From the NCBI GenBank assembly GCA_016748015.1, contig JAAOMT010000223.1, positions 9,754 to 73,753 on the forward strand: a stretch of 64,000 bases of DNA, in the 5' to 3' direction. The stretch's first letter is position 1. Every line of letters begins with the position of its first letter. Source of the DNA: Geosiphon pyriformis uo1 (lineage: Eukaryota > Fungi > Glomeromycota). A program made the position numbers and the translations under genes. The notes under the pieces were generated by a model, which was not told the origin of the DNA, made no database searches, and saw only the letters and a list, made by a program, of their open reading frames with translations. Below, piece by piece: positions 37,401-51,329 of the stretch.

Positions 37401-40400
37401 TATTCAGGAGGAAATGATTTAAGGGCTTTGATAGTGTTTTCACCAAGAAATCTTTTAGGTTTCATAAGCTTGAGCTTTTGGTCTCAAAGATTGCTAAGAC
37501 CTCTCATAAAGGGGATGGCAATAGGTTTGCTTTTCTTATAGAATGTTGGGATTCTTTGGACAATGTTAAAGCTTTAATTGTGCAGAAAATTGTAAACTCT
37601 GGTGCAGGTTTTGATCATATTTGCTCAGCTTTTTTTAGTGTGCAAAAAACATATTATGCTTCCAAGCTTGCTGAGTTTTTGCAAGCTGAAGAATCAAAAA
37701 TAAGATCAGCTATTGATAAACAGATAGAAAATTTTGCAGTCAACAAAGGCAACACAATCAGGAGCATGCTAGAACGTTCTTTTCAAAAAGTGGTTTTAAA
37801 CCATCTAGTGGTTGGAGATGAGCTGATTCTGGAACCTGATCTGGTTAAGGCCAAGGTTGACATTATTATGGAAGGCTGGACCAGGAAACACAATGTGGTG
37901 AAAGATTTTTCTGATAATTGGTCTCATTAATATTGGCCATTGAAGTATATTTTTGATGATGCTTTTTCAAACATAATATGCTTAGTTAGTTTTGATAAGC
38001 TGCTTGGGATGGTTTCTAATCTGCCTGATGGCAAAGCTGCTGGTCTTTCTGGAGTGTTAAATGAGCTTTGAAAGCATTGCGATGAATTGGTTTTAGATAT
38101 GCTTTTGGTGCTTTTGAACTTCTGTTTGTTTTGTGAATTAATGCCTAGTGCTTGGAAGGAAGCTTGGGTCTTGACAATTCCAAAACCATATAAGTGGAAG
38201 GGAGTTCTTACGAATACTTGACCTATTGCCTTGATCAAAACTGCCTGCAAAATTCTTTTCAAGATTCTCTCGGACAGGGTTTTTTTGGCATACAGCTCTT
38301 TTGATGTCTTGCATAGAGACAATTTCTTGGTTTTAAAGGATACAATAATACAATCTCCTATTTTTGCCATTGATTCAGTTATTGAGGATGTCTTAAAAAA
38401 GAACTGTGAACTTTGGCTGGTCTTGTAGGATATGTATAAGGCTTATGACTTTGTTAGTTGGGAGCATCTTAAGAACAATTTGATTAGAATAAAGATATGT
38501 GACAAGTTTATTAGATTTTTTGGTAACATTCACAATAATTGTGTTAACAGAATGATAACAGATTTTGGTTTGACAAATAGATATCAGATGCATGATAATT
38601 TGGATTAAGAGGAAGTGTTTTTGCCACTTTTTTGGGGCATATTTTATGATTTTTTTTTGTGTGAGGTCAAGAGACAGAAGAGCATTTGTGGATATAAGCT
38701 GAATTTTTATTTTGTTGCCAAAACTGGTTGTTTGGAATTTCAAGTTGGATTAACATCTTTTCTTATTGCTGGTGCTTTTGTTGATGACACAATTTGGATT
38801 GGTAGCAGCCAAGCTGCAACTCAACACATTTTTGATGTTGCTAGCAAATTTTTTCAGATCAATAACATATTTATTAACAATGACAAAACAGTAGCAATTC
38901 CCATTAATTACAAAGTTATGTATCTCAATTTGTCTATTAGCAGTTTGCCTATATTTATTGTTAAGAGAGGAGAGTTTTATTGCTACCTAGGGATTTTTTT
39001 GTTAACTGAGAGTTTGTCAAAGCCTGGTCTGGTTAAGACCAATGCTGATGTTAAATTTTTTGCCAATCTGGTTTTAAGAAAAACCATTTCTGATAAACAG
39101 TTCTTGTATCTGGTATTGGTAATTTTCCAACCCATTGTCAGCTACAGAACACAGTTCAGTTTTGTTTCTATCAGTATGTATGATAAGTAGGACTCTTTGA
39201 TTTACAGAAGCTTAAAGTTGAAGTCCAATCTATCTCTAAATTTTTTCAATGATACACTTTATTATCTTTCATTATATGGTTTGAAGACTTTCAAGCAAGT
39301 TCAATCTGAAAGCAAGATTGCTTCAATTGTGTGCTTTGCAAATTTTTTTGGGATTTTGGGTCTGTTGTTTTTGCACAGGTCTTATAACTTGCAGGTTCTG
39401 TCTTGAAGTCCACTCTATCTTGGTGTTCTCAATGCATATAAAAGTCAGTACTTCTAATAATTTTTTGGCAGGTATGGTTCATATTCTTTTTGGGTGTGGT
39501 CTGTTTCTAAATGGTCATGTAAACAATTCTTTCTGTTTTCATAGTAGAACTTCCATGTTTTCTGTTTTTGGCAAGACTAATTATTTTAAGTTCCTTCTGT
39601 CTCTTTGAAGATATGGTATTGCCTTTGTTGACCAACTTTGTGGTAAAAATAGTGCTGTTTTTGATTGAAAAACATTTAAGCATTGGAAAAAACTAGACCT
39701 ACATGGCCCTATTCTTGAGTAATTTAGACTTTTTGTTGACTTTCTCAATGGTGTTGCTTCTTTTTCTGCCTGTTTTTTTTCTGCAAGTACTATTGAGTCT
39801 TTGGATATTTTGGAATTTAGTAAGTTTGGATTGATTCATGATCAGTTGCTGAGTCTCAAGACTAATTGCTTTTCTGTTTATACAGATGGATTTCTGAAAG
39901 GCTTAGGGAGTGTTAACATAAGAGCTGGTACAGTAGTCTTTTTTGAGAACATAAGTTTAGATTTGGGGGTCAGAGTATCTGGTTTAATGTCTTTTACTTT
40001 GGCTGAGCAGCAGGCCATTGCATTGGCTATTGAATGTGTCTCTCCTAATAGCTCAGTTAGTGTTTTTATGGACAGTTAGGCTGTCTTAAATGTGTGCAAA
40101 TCAGAATTGGGTCTGATTTATTCTGATTTTTGGAATTGCTGTTGGGTTGAGTGTCAGCATATTGTAAACATTATCAGGAAAAAGAATTTGAGTATTAGCT
40201 AACACAAGGTAAAAAGTTATTCAAGTGTCATGGGCAATAAGCATGCTGATGTGCTTGTTGACACAACATCTCTTTCTCTTTAGTGTCTTATTTTTTGTGT
40301 AAAAAAACATTGTATTTTAGCTAAAGGTAATGTCGTTTCTGATAACTTTAGGCATTTTGTTTATGGGGTCTTTCAGTCTATTCTTTATGCATGCTGAGAG

Positions 40401-41290
40401 ATCAGTTCAGGTTTTAGGGTTTTAAATAAAAGTTTGTACTTAAACATTGATTGGCTTAACTTGTTGTTGGTATAGCATCCAGATTTACACATGGCTGTTG
40501 GTTTTACCAGTAAATTCATGACTAGTACTTGCACATATTTCATAAAGGCTTTACACTATTAACTGTCAGTTGTTGTTTAGAAGCAATTGTATAACAGATG
40601 CTACCCAAGTGTGCTATGTCTATACTATAGCGAGGTTGAAGTTTCTGATCATGTATTTTCTTGCATGGTTAATGATTCTAGTTGTTGTTATCTGTTGAAT
40701 GCTCATATCACTGCTTGGAGTGTACTTTCTGGTCTTTCCATCTCTTTTTCAAGAGTTTCTCAATTACCGTCTTCCTGTATCTCAAATGTCATGGTTTGTA
40801 CAGCTTTTTACAAAGAACTTGTTTTTAAAGAATGGCTTTAAAAAGCTATATTTGTCTTTGAAGATGCAAAGTTAATTGGTCGGAAGGTTGTTGAATTTGT
40901 TTGTAACTTGTGTCTTGTTTTTAAGAAAGAGATTTGGTTGGTTTATGCTAAGTATTAAGCCTGCATGGAAAAGAGTGGAATAATATCATGGGACAGTTTG
41001 GCTCTGGCTTCAGTTTCAGAACTGTCTGTAGTGCTTTCTATGAGTGTTGTTAGATTACTAGGTATTGCTAAGACAATTGGTGTTGGTTTTGGATTTTGCA
41101 AGTCTTGTTTGTTTTTCTCAAGTATTGGAGACTTAGTCTCAGTGCATATAGACACTTAGTGTGGTTTTGATTGGTCCAAGTGGCTAGTTACATGTAGAAA
41201 ACACATGATTCATATCTAGTTTAGATCAATCTACTTGATGTATTGTACTAGGTAGTGTTTGGACTTTGCTCATAAAATGAATAAAAAAAA
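34464..41290 (+). mobile_element. LINE copy B: full-length, inactivated, inserted in the old Gypsy (ORF1 to 36476; ORF2 36473-41159)
   Basis: TSD ACAATATTTA at 34454-34463 and 41291-41300; poly(A) at 41283-41290. ORF1 has an RRM-like segment and a decayed zinc knuckle. ORF2 has APE (TCNA*GIN, IDYIL, TDYH), RT (GAFVDD), RNase H (VYTDG, EQQAI, DS, NKHAD) and a C-terminal Cys/His motif. Confidence 0.95.
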
Positions 41291-43253
41291 ACAATATTTA
41301 TTATCAAAATCAGAGAAATTTAACAAATCTACTTAGATTAATTCAAGAAAATAAAAAAAAAACATTTTTTACAATATATATACAAACTTATTATTAACAT
41401 ATCTAAAAAAAAATAGTACAATTCAAAGAACTTAAAAATATTATTTTTGGTTCTATATGTAAAAAAAAATTTAATAATATATTGTGATAGTTGTTAGAAA
41501 AGAGAAGAAATTTATCTTACTAAATTTTTAAATCCAATCAAAATTAAACAACTTTTTAACAGAATTAGTATCAATTTAGTCAGATTACTACTTATTATTA
41601 CTAAAAGAAATTGTTATATAGCAGTTATAGTAAATTATCTTATCAAATAGTTCAAAGCCAGACTCATCCAAAAAGTAAATACAAAATCAGTAGTAAATTT
41701 TATTTATAAAAACATTATTTGTAAACATAAATGTCTAATTAAATTTTTATCTAATCAAAAAACACATTTTATAAACAACTTAATACAAGAAATTTGTGAA
41801 TAATTTAATATCAAAAAATTTTTATTATTACCTTATTATTTTTAAACAAATAGATTAGTAGAACATTTTAACCAGACATTGTATAAATTACTAACCAAAA
41901 TTTTAACTGATTTTAAGCAGAAATAAGATATTTTTTTTCATAAATATTACTAATATATAAAACACTAAAACAAGATACTATAAAACACATATCATTTGAT
42001 TTTACCTATGAAAAAACAGCAATACTATTAATTAATTTTACTGTAAAAACATATTCAGTACAACCAATTAACAAAAAAGTTTTTTAAAAAATATTTCAAC
42101 AAAAAGTCTATGTCTTTCTTAGTATTTTGAAAGAAAAAAAAACAAATAGCTGTCATTTATATTAAATATTTTTAAGTTCAACAAAAAAAATGATGTGATA
42201 ACAAATTGTTATTAGTTATCAATGAATTTAAAGTTAGAAACAAAGTTTTTTTACATAGAAATTGATTAAAACACTATTATTTCAGAAACAATCTTAAATC
42301 ATTAATATCACAAATTGGTACACATTTTTCTTTAATTAATTTTAAAGATATTTTTTAATATTTAGAATCAATAATTATAATAAAACAACAACCAAACCTA
42401 AACATTTAATTTACTATTATTATAATATTTTTTTAATAATACATAAATATAAAAACAAAAATAGTAAATAATTACAAAAAAAACCCAAAACCTAAAAAAT
42501 ATAAAAACTCTATATCCAAAATATTTTTTTATTTTTCAAATTTTAATCTTAATTTAATTACTTTTATTATGATAATTTCTTAAAATATTTAACAAATGTC
42601 TCAAAATTTAATAGTAGTGTTAAAAATACTCTCTGATTTATTTATAATGATTAATAAAAATCAAATAATTATATTTAAAAAAAACTATAATGCCAGTAAT
42701 AAATAATTCTCAGAATTATCACTTTTATAAAAGAAATACAAGAAGTTCTTCTAAAATTCAATTGCCAGAACTTTTGAAACAAGCTTTAATAAAAAACTTT
42801 TTATTTACCTTTATTGACATTTTACCAAATACTACAATTTAACAAAAGCTTTAACTATAGATTAGTAAACAAAGCCATAAATATACTTCTATTTTTAGAT
42901 ATTTTTATATTAGAAAAATATTTTATAAACAAAAACTAAAACTTAAAGCAATAAATCTTACTTTTAAAACTATACAGAAACAAATTTACAATGAATTTAA
43001 GATAGTAGCTGGACTAATAAACACTTACTACAAACTTAAATTAGTTTTTAAACTCTATAACTTATTTAATACTTGCAAAAATATTTTACAAAATCTAATA
43101 CTCTAACCAATAAAAATTTAATATATTGGCAAACTCACAAAATTGAAATTTCAACAATTTTTAGACCAAATTATTTCAACTATTTTGGATTATTATCTCA
43201 ATATATAGATAGTACTTGAACTTTAATAAAGCTTAGTCTTAAGAAAAAGATTA

Positions 43254-44200
43254 TATTACTAATAAAATTTTTAGCCATTAATTAGCATAAAATTACTTCT
43301 ATAATTTTAATTATTAATTAACATATATTATTATTATTCAAATTATTACTTATAATTAATCAAAATTATCAAAGATTGCTAGCTAATTAATAATCTAATG
43401 TGTATAATAGAAATTAAGATAATTGAATTACACAATATTTTAAACTATATAACAGTTGAAAATTTGCTAAAATTTGTAAAATTTGTCGAAATAATAAATA
43501 ATTTATTAAAATAGTTAATAGTTCAATAAAATAACTTGTAGTTTGTCAAAATATATTTTTAGTTTGTCAAAATTATAGCAAAAAAAAAATTCAAATTTAT
43601 TGACTAATACTATAACAAATTGTATAAAAAAAGAGTTTCTTTTTGTAAGAAAATGTATTTTATCTTCCTTAAAATTATCTTATCTTAGAATTATTATTTT
43701 TTAAAACAAGTTTCTTAGTACAAATCAAATAAAAATGAAAATACTTAAAAAACACAAATTTATTAAATACTTACATTCAAAATTCTTCAATTTACAACTA
43801 ATGTTTTGAAATTGACTAAACCAATTTTACTAATTTGTTAATAAATATAAGTCTGAACAAAAAAAAAATCTTCTTAACAAAATTTTATTTTTTTTATATT
43901 TTTTTTATATTTTTTATATTATAATTATTAAAGTAATCTACAAACAAGATTCTTGTAAAAAAGTTGATTTTCACAGCAAAATAACTACACATTTTTAATA
44001 AGCTTTTAAACAAGCAATTCCTGAAAAAAAATTGACTTTTACTACAAAGTAACTACATAAAATAACTGGTATAGAATTGACTATTTTACTTATAAGCTCA
44101 GCAGTTTAAATTATAAGAGATAATTGAAGATAAATTCAGTTATTGAAAGTTTAACTGCTTTCAAAAAATATGAATTAATAACAAATAGACATTAGTAACA
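43254..44200 (+). repeat. Right LTR of old Gypsy
   Basis: Follows a decayed PPT AAGAAAAAGA; starts TATTACTAA, ends TTAGTAACA; homologous to 18646-19557. Confidence 0.85.
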
Positions 44201-45561
44201 GTACATATAACATAAAATGTAATACAGCTGTGTTTTTTGCTAACTTAAATTTAAGTATAAGTATTGAACTTAAAGATTTGGTTTTTTTTACATTAATAAA
44301 ATTGTAAACAATCACTCTAGTCTTAAAATGTGTTTTTATTTTTAGTACTGTTATAATATATTCAAATAATCAGATTATTTTAGATGTTTGTACTGCAAAA
44401 TTAGACATAATTTTGCCAAATTTTTGTAATTATTGTTGACTTGAAAGACATTGTATTGTAAATTTAATCAAGTATAAAAATTTTAGTATTTTTTGGTCTA
44501 AAATTAGAAGTTATTTGGATGTTTTATATAATAAGTGTACTAATAAGCTGGCTGATATTGCTTTTTGTTTAAGTTTGATGTTTTCTGTTTTTATTAAAAA
44601 GAGATATATTAAGACTATTAGAATAATAGTATTTAAAAATGTTTGTTATTTTGTTTGCAATATATTTAAAACTGTTTGTTATGTTTGCTAAAAGATTAGA
44701 CATAATTCTGATATTATCAATAAAAATATAATTCAAAATATAGATTGAGTTTAGACAATATTAGTTTAGTATTCTAATTTGTATAAGGCTTTTGATTTTA
44801 TAAATTAGTCTACTACTGGTTTATTTTATAAAAACTTTGTATTATTGTTTGTTTATTGCTATTTGTAAGTACTTATATAATAAAAAATATCTTAGTGTAT
44901 TGTATTTTTACTGCAGAAAAGTAGAACTTTTTAATTATTTTTTATATATAAAACACTGTTGCTTGCAAAAAATTGTTTAAGTTGTATTTGGTTCAGTGGA
45001 ATTCTATATTGAGTTTGAATTTATTATTGTCTTTTGTTTTACAAATGCTCTTTTTATGTGTATTTAATAATATTATTTATACTGTTTTGTGCAAAAGTTA
45101 TGTGTTTAGAAAATAATATTTGGAAACTGTATTTGTTTTTAGTTGTGATAAAACTGCAGATAAAAAAATTATTAACTTTGTATAAAACTTGAAAATAGCT
45201 TATTATATTAAAATATAATTGATAATATCTAAATATAAGGCAATTCTAAAAAAAATGATTTAATTACATGTAATGGTTTTATGTTTTTAGTAGTCTATTA
45301 TCTTTAATTTTTAATAATATTGTTAAATTACTTAAAATTGCAAAGATGTATAATATTGGTTTTGGTTTATATAAGCTTTATATGTTTTTTGGTATTAGTT
45401 GTGAGATTTTTGTTAAGATAAATTTGTAGTATTGTTCTAATTAGCCCAAATAACTAGTTATATATAGAAAATACATAATTTGTTTCTAGTTTAAGTTACT
45501 TAATTTGACATATTATGCTAGATAATATTTAAATCTTACTTGTAAAATAATAATAAAAAAA
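44201..45561 (+). mobile_element. LINE copy E: 3' fragment (RNase H to poly(A)), decayed
   Basis: NTAVFFANLNLSISIELKDLVFFTLIKL*TITLVLKCV aligns with the RNase H of copy B; shared 3'UTR and A tail at ~45430-45561. Confidence 0.8.
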
Positions 45562-48500
45562 TTTAAAGTATTGAAAATTATTTTTTAACTTTATGTTTTA
45601 ACTAATTAGTATAGTTTTTTATACTATATATTATATTTTTAACTTTTTTTTATTAAAAAATTTTATTGTAAAATACTAATATATAACAACAATTTAATTA
45701 ATTATTTTAAAACATAATTTTATAATAGAAAGTACTATATATAAAGTATATATAATTAATACAAATGTTAATATAATTATATTAATAAATTTATATCATA
45801 TATTTATTGCTAACTATGCCAAAAAACACTTTTTTGTTTCTACTAAAGAGATTTATAAAAATTTTTTCGAATAACAACATGATAAATAAATTATAACTAC
45901 ATATTTATTAAAAAAATAATTAAAATATTATTACAATATGTTTTAGTATATAATATAAGTTTTATTATTAACTTTATTATATGTATTTTTATCTTTTTAA
46001 TATATTGTTATAATTTTTTTTCTCTTTTTTATTGTTGCTAATATGTTTTATTGTTTTTTGTAGCTAGAACTATTTTTAATAAGTCTATTTTTCTCAATCT
46101 ATCTTGATTAATATTTATTTAAAGTAATTATTTTAGTTATAAGTTTTGTATAAAATAAATACTAAATTATAATTTTTTTTTATATATAATCTATAACTTA
46201 TTTTTTTATTTTAAAGTAAGTACTTTTTTTTTGTTTTATAATTAAACTTAATTAAATTATAAATATTTTTTTTTATTTCTAACTACAATAAATAAAAATC
46301 CAAATTTAATAAAAAAAGTTTTAAAGCTAAGCACCATACCATAATAATTTTAGTGTTTTATAGCAGTTTGAAAAACATATTAATAACTGTACTAATAAGT
46401 AAAAAGAAGTTAATATATATTATGTATTATATATTGTTTTTTTTCAAAAATTTAGAACTAAAAAGTTTAAATTTTTTATTAGCTTGCTCAAAACTGTTTT
46501 GTTTTATATCTATTTTTTTACAATTATACTAGCTTAGAAATTTTACATGTAACAAAAATTGTTTGCAATTTTTTTTGATTTAAGTAAAAATACAATAATA
46601 GTATTTTTTTATTGTTGTATCAAATTTCTTAACAGAAAAAACATTGAAAATTGGAACTATTAACAACAATCTAACAATTTTAAATAAAATATTGTAAATA
46701 AAGCTTTATGTTTAGTAAAATTCTAAAAAAAAACATGTATATATTAAATTAGATAAAAAATCAAGAAGTTATAAAACAATTTTATAAAAAAAAACTTGTA
46801 GAATTTTGAGAAAAAATTTGGTTTTATCTATTAAAAGCCATCAAAACAGAAACAAAATTTGTATTTGTGTTTAATAAATCACAATTTTTGCTACAAAAAT
46901 TACTTTTAGAAAAAAATACACTATTTATTTATATTTTTAAGTTCTATGTTGTTTTTTTTGGAAGTTTTTGTTATATTTGCTGATATTATTTCAAGTTTTT
47001 TTAACTTTGTATTATTAATATTTTTGAATCTTTTATTTTAATTATGTTTACATTAAAATAATTTTTTTTACTATTTATAATATAATTATGTTTGATTTAA
47101 TTGCTAAAACAAATTCAAACTTAAATTAATTATTAAAGTTACAAAAATTGTTTACATTAGGATAACTTTTGTAAAGTACAACTTTGAACAGTAATATTAA
47201 AATCAAAAATCTTTTAAGACTAACAAAACAAAAACTTTTAGGCAGTATAATTTTATATGCTTGACTTAAAATTTTAACTTTAACTTCTGTTTTTGCTGTT
47301 TTGTTTTCTTATATTTTACTTAATATAATTAAGTATTACATTGTTTTGAAACTAGTTTCTAGATTTATGAAGATATATATTAATATTTCAAAAAATTTAC
47401 ATTGAATATTGGTAGTTTATCTATCTAAATTAATACTTGTTAAAGCTGTAACATTATTTATACAAAAATATGAATATTCAAAAAACTATTTGGCTTTTTA
47501 AATTTATAAATTAGATATATAGAATTTGGCTATAGTAAAAAATTATTTATTTATTTATTTTTAATAAATACTTAAAATTATGTTGATAAAAATAAAAAAT
47601 ATTATTAAAATACTTTAAAAATTTAGAATATTTAAAAAAGTTTGTTTTATAGCCAATTAGAATAAAAAAGTTTTTGATATCTTTTTTTAGACAAAAAAAC
47701 TATTATAATTGAATTTTAAATTTTTTTTCAGATTAATTAATAGTTTACTTGTATTTATATACTTTATTTGGTTTATTTATATTTCAAATCAGACAAAATT
47801 AAGAAACTGTAACATGTAAACATAATCAAATAAAAATTAACTTGATACTTTTAGTTTTGTTAAATTAAGATAAATCTTATTTTATATTACTTGATTTAAT
47901 ATTTTATTTTCTAATTTAAATTAAAAGTTGGGATTAGAGATATAATAAGTGATTTGTATTAACCACAAATCTACTTTTAAAAAAATATATCTTCAAAAAT
48001 AAAAAAAAACTTAATTCATATTAAAAAAACAAAAAATAGAAATTACAAATAATATCAACTTAATTGCTTAATAATTGTTTTAATTATTAAAAACCAAAGA
48101 CTTAAACATAAAAATAACAATTAATAATCAAAAAATTCATTATAAAATTACTCAAAAAAAAACAAATAGAAAAACTTTATACAAGTAGACAACTGTGTAA
48201 AAAAAATTGTTAAAAAAGTAAAAAATTTTTTCAGAAATTAACAAAGACTGAAAAAATTGGAAAAAATAATTTCTAATAATATACTGCTATTACTACTTAA
48301 GACAAAAACTGAATATTTAAATATTTTAATAAATGTATAAGTTTTTTACAGTCTTGTAGAAAATAATAGTAAACAAATTTTTTAAATATTTAATATATAC
48401 TAGTTTTTTAAATAAGCTTTTAAGTTCTAAAATAAACATAAATAAGCATAAATTAATCTTCAATATTTAATTTTAAGAAGAATAAATATTTTATTTAATT

Positions 48501-49079
48501 GAAATTTTTATTGTTGTAATATTATTTTATAGAAAAAGTAAGGAATCTATAATTATTTTAAGTTTTATAATAAATTGAACATTTAATAACTTTTATTTAT
48601 TTAAAATAATAGTTTTATAATTATTTTTGTCATATTGGATTTGGTTACTACTTTTGTTAGTAAAATTGTAATTTAAATAATTTTATTTTTAAAAAATACA
48701 AAAAATTTTTTTTATTGAAAACTTATTAAAGTATTTTATATATATGTATATAAAAAATATTTAAAATTTAAAATTTAACTGGTAAAAAAAATATAAATAT
48801 GTACTTCAAAGTTATATTTCTAATGTTCTTCAACTAAAAAGCTTTTTATAGTTTTGGTTTGTGATAAAACCTTAATTTTAAAAGTTATTTTTATTATTTC
48901 AACTTATAATTTCTAAAGTATTTTTGATTTAAGATAGTAGTATATATAATACTTTGCCATTAAAAATTTGTAAAATAGATAGCATAAGCTTTAAAAAATG
49001 TAAATAAAAGCAAATTTATCTTTTTATGATTTAAAAAACTTTATACTTTTTGACAAAAAATTTTACTGCTTGATTTTCT

Positions 49080-50210
49080 GATCCAAACATTATAGAATAT
49101 TTATATTTTGTTGTCTTTCTATAATAGTCTTCTAGATTATTTTTAAAATTATTGCTTTTTAATCTTATATAGTTCTATCTAAATCAGGGTCTATTATTTG
49201 GCCCATCATAAGGTCTATTTTTTTTAATAAATTTGTTAAGTTTAGTATTTTCAGTTTTGTTATTTCCAAAAAAAAAAATTTTTTTTTCTATCTAATTATT
49301 CCTTCCAAAAGTGACAATATTGTAGATTATAGCTGTTAATTAGCTAACCAATTCTTTTTACTTTTATTATGTTTACTATTGCTCTTTTATTATTACATAA
49401 TTGATGAAAATTGGCTGAAATAAATTCATTTTGAGTTGCTTTAAAGTAAAAATTTAAAATTATTTTTAAGTGGATTTTCAAAAAAAAAAATTTATCTTTG
49501 TCTTGAATCCAATGATCTAACTGTTTTATATTATGTGATTAAAAAAGCTTTGAATCAATATTTAATCGAGTAAAACATAATGGCTGAGCATCTACAAACT
49601 TTTAATAATTACCTAGTACAAAATAATGATGTAAAAAATCTTTATATAAAGTTTTAGATAAAATTTTAGCAAATGATTTTATTTTGTGATAAAAGTCAAC
49701 TAATGATATGTTAAAAAACCGGATTAAAGATAAAAATTCTTCAATGATTTCTTTAAAAGTGTTAAAGTTTTCATCTGTTTAGTAAAAAACTTTTTTGATC
49801 TGAATATTTTTATCCAATTTAGCAACTTTCTATTCTACAATTTTTTTCCATATTTTAGATTTTTCTATATTTAAATCATTCTGGATTAAAATTAAGGAAA
49901 AAGTATTTTTACTGAAAAAAGTAAAATCTTAGAAATTGAATATTATAACTAAATTGTTAGCAGCTATTTCAGTGCAAAATTCTTGTAACTTTTTAAAAAA
50001 ATTATGCATAAATAAAGTTTTTTGCAAAACGGCAAAATTTTTTTTTAGCTTTTTTATATAGTGCTCAATCAAATATTCTTTAAGTGAATCAATAATATTC
50101 TCTAAAATAAGTTAATCAGCAGTAATAAGCAATTCTAAAATGATGTGTACTTTATATCTATCAAAAGAAATTTCACTATTATAAATATATCTAAACAAAA
50201 AAATAAAATA
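49080..50210 (-). pseudogene. BTB-BACK-TLDc protein pseudogene
   Basis: YIYNSEISF...ILELLITAD*LIL (end of BTB); LQEFC...IWKKIVE*...LSLIRFFNIS (BACK); QLDHWIQDKDK...NFHQLCNNKRAIVNIIKVK (TLDc). Many stops. Confidence 0.75.
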
Positions 50211-50789
50211 CTGTAAACTTTCATGAATAAACAATCTTTTACATCATCAATTTTTTAGAGAAGTTGCTTATTTATAAGACTTTTTAAATACTTAATGCCT
50301 ATTAGTTTAATAGTTAAATTATTTACTGTACATATATCTATTATAAATTTTAATCGTGTTACTAATTTATTGACCATCTGATTAAGCTATTTTATTGGTA
50401 TTAGAAGCTAATATTTCGATTATTATAAATATAATAAAATAAAATAGATACTTGTATAAAATACAACAACATAAAAATAATATTTTTAAATAAGGCATAA
50501 TTTTGAGTAGTATATACTGTAGTATTTTTAATATTAATCTTAAGAAACTTTGGATTTATTGTAGCAAAAATTATTAAGTTAAATTTCAAATTAAAAATTG
50601 AATACTATTATTATGAGACTCAAAATCTTAACAAATATCTATTTGATAAATATATTATATTAATTCTAAAGGATTTTTCATTTGTGATTATGTAAGCTTT
50701 TTGTATCCTAATCATGTGATTTGACATATTTGTCTAATTTTTGGCACTTGTTTTTATTAAATTACTGTAGCAAAATTATCAAGAAAAAT

Positions 50790-51260
50790 TTCGACTGCTT
50801 TAGTGCTATTAGGCAACAATTTAAATGAAAAAATTATCGAATTTCAAAGATTTATAATCTAATTTCAACTAATATAATTTTTTTTAAATAGTTAATATAG
50901 ATAAAACTTTCATTTATTTTGATGTAACAGGTTCTACTACAATTACTGTAAAAAGAGCCAAAACTATTCAAATTCAAACAAGTAGTAATAATAAAAATTG
51001 GTTTACTTGTGTTTTAGCTATAATAGCAGATGATAGCAAACTCTTTTTTATGATAATTTTCAAAGATGTACAAACTTCTTTTAATCTTTTCAAAGATATT
51101 GTTATATATATGTATAAAAAAGCTTGGATGGATGCACATTTAATGTGTGAATGGATAGATCAAATTTGAAACAAACATCTTGAAATATTAACAGCATCCA
51201 AACCTATCTTTTTACTTGTTATAGATTTATTTAAAGAGCACAAAACTGAATCTCAAAAAT
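50790..51260 (+). mobile_element. pogo/Tigger-like DDE_1 transposase fragment
   Basis: IVNIDKTFIYFD...WFTCVLAIIADDSKLFFMIIFK...KAWMD...LLVIDLFKEH matches the pogo pattern NMDET...KAWMD...LLVxD. Confidence 0.8.
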
Positions 51261-51329
51261 AAATACTTCAAAAACCAAAAGATTTAATATTTGTGAAATA
51301 GTTAGGTCTTCTATTAGTATTCTGGAATA

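Larger units (their letters stand above)
18646..44200 (+). mobile_element. Old, heavily decayed Ty3/Gypsy element, same family as 21630-30751, interrupted by two nested insertions
   Basis: Segments 19591-21629 (gag), 30756-34463 (PR, Cys-rich, dUTPase, RT, RH) and 41301-43253 (IN, ORF3) align in order with the reverse complement of the younger copy; LTR-homologous blocks at both ends. Confidence 0.88.

Noticed and set aside
47300-47700. Possible decayed kinase relic (YKLDI*NLAI resembling subdomain IX)
   Set aside because: Too degenerate; no second motif could be confirmed.
50730-50770. Possible TIR ending TTACTGTA next to the pogo fragment
   Set aside because: No partner end found in the window.
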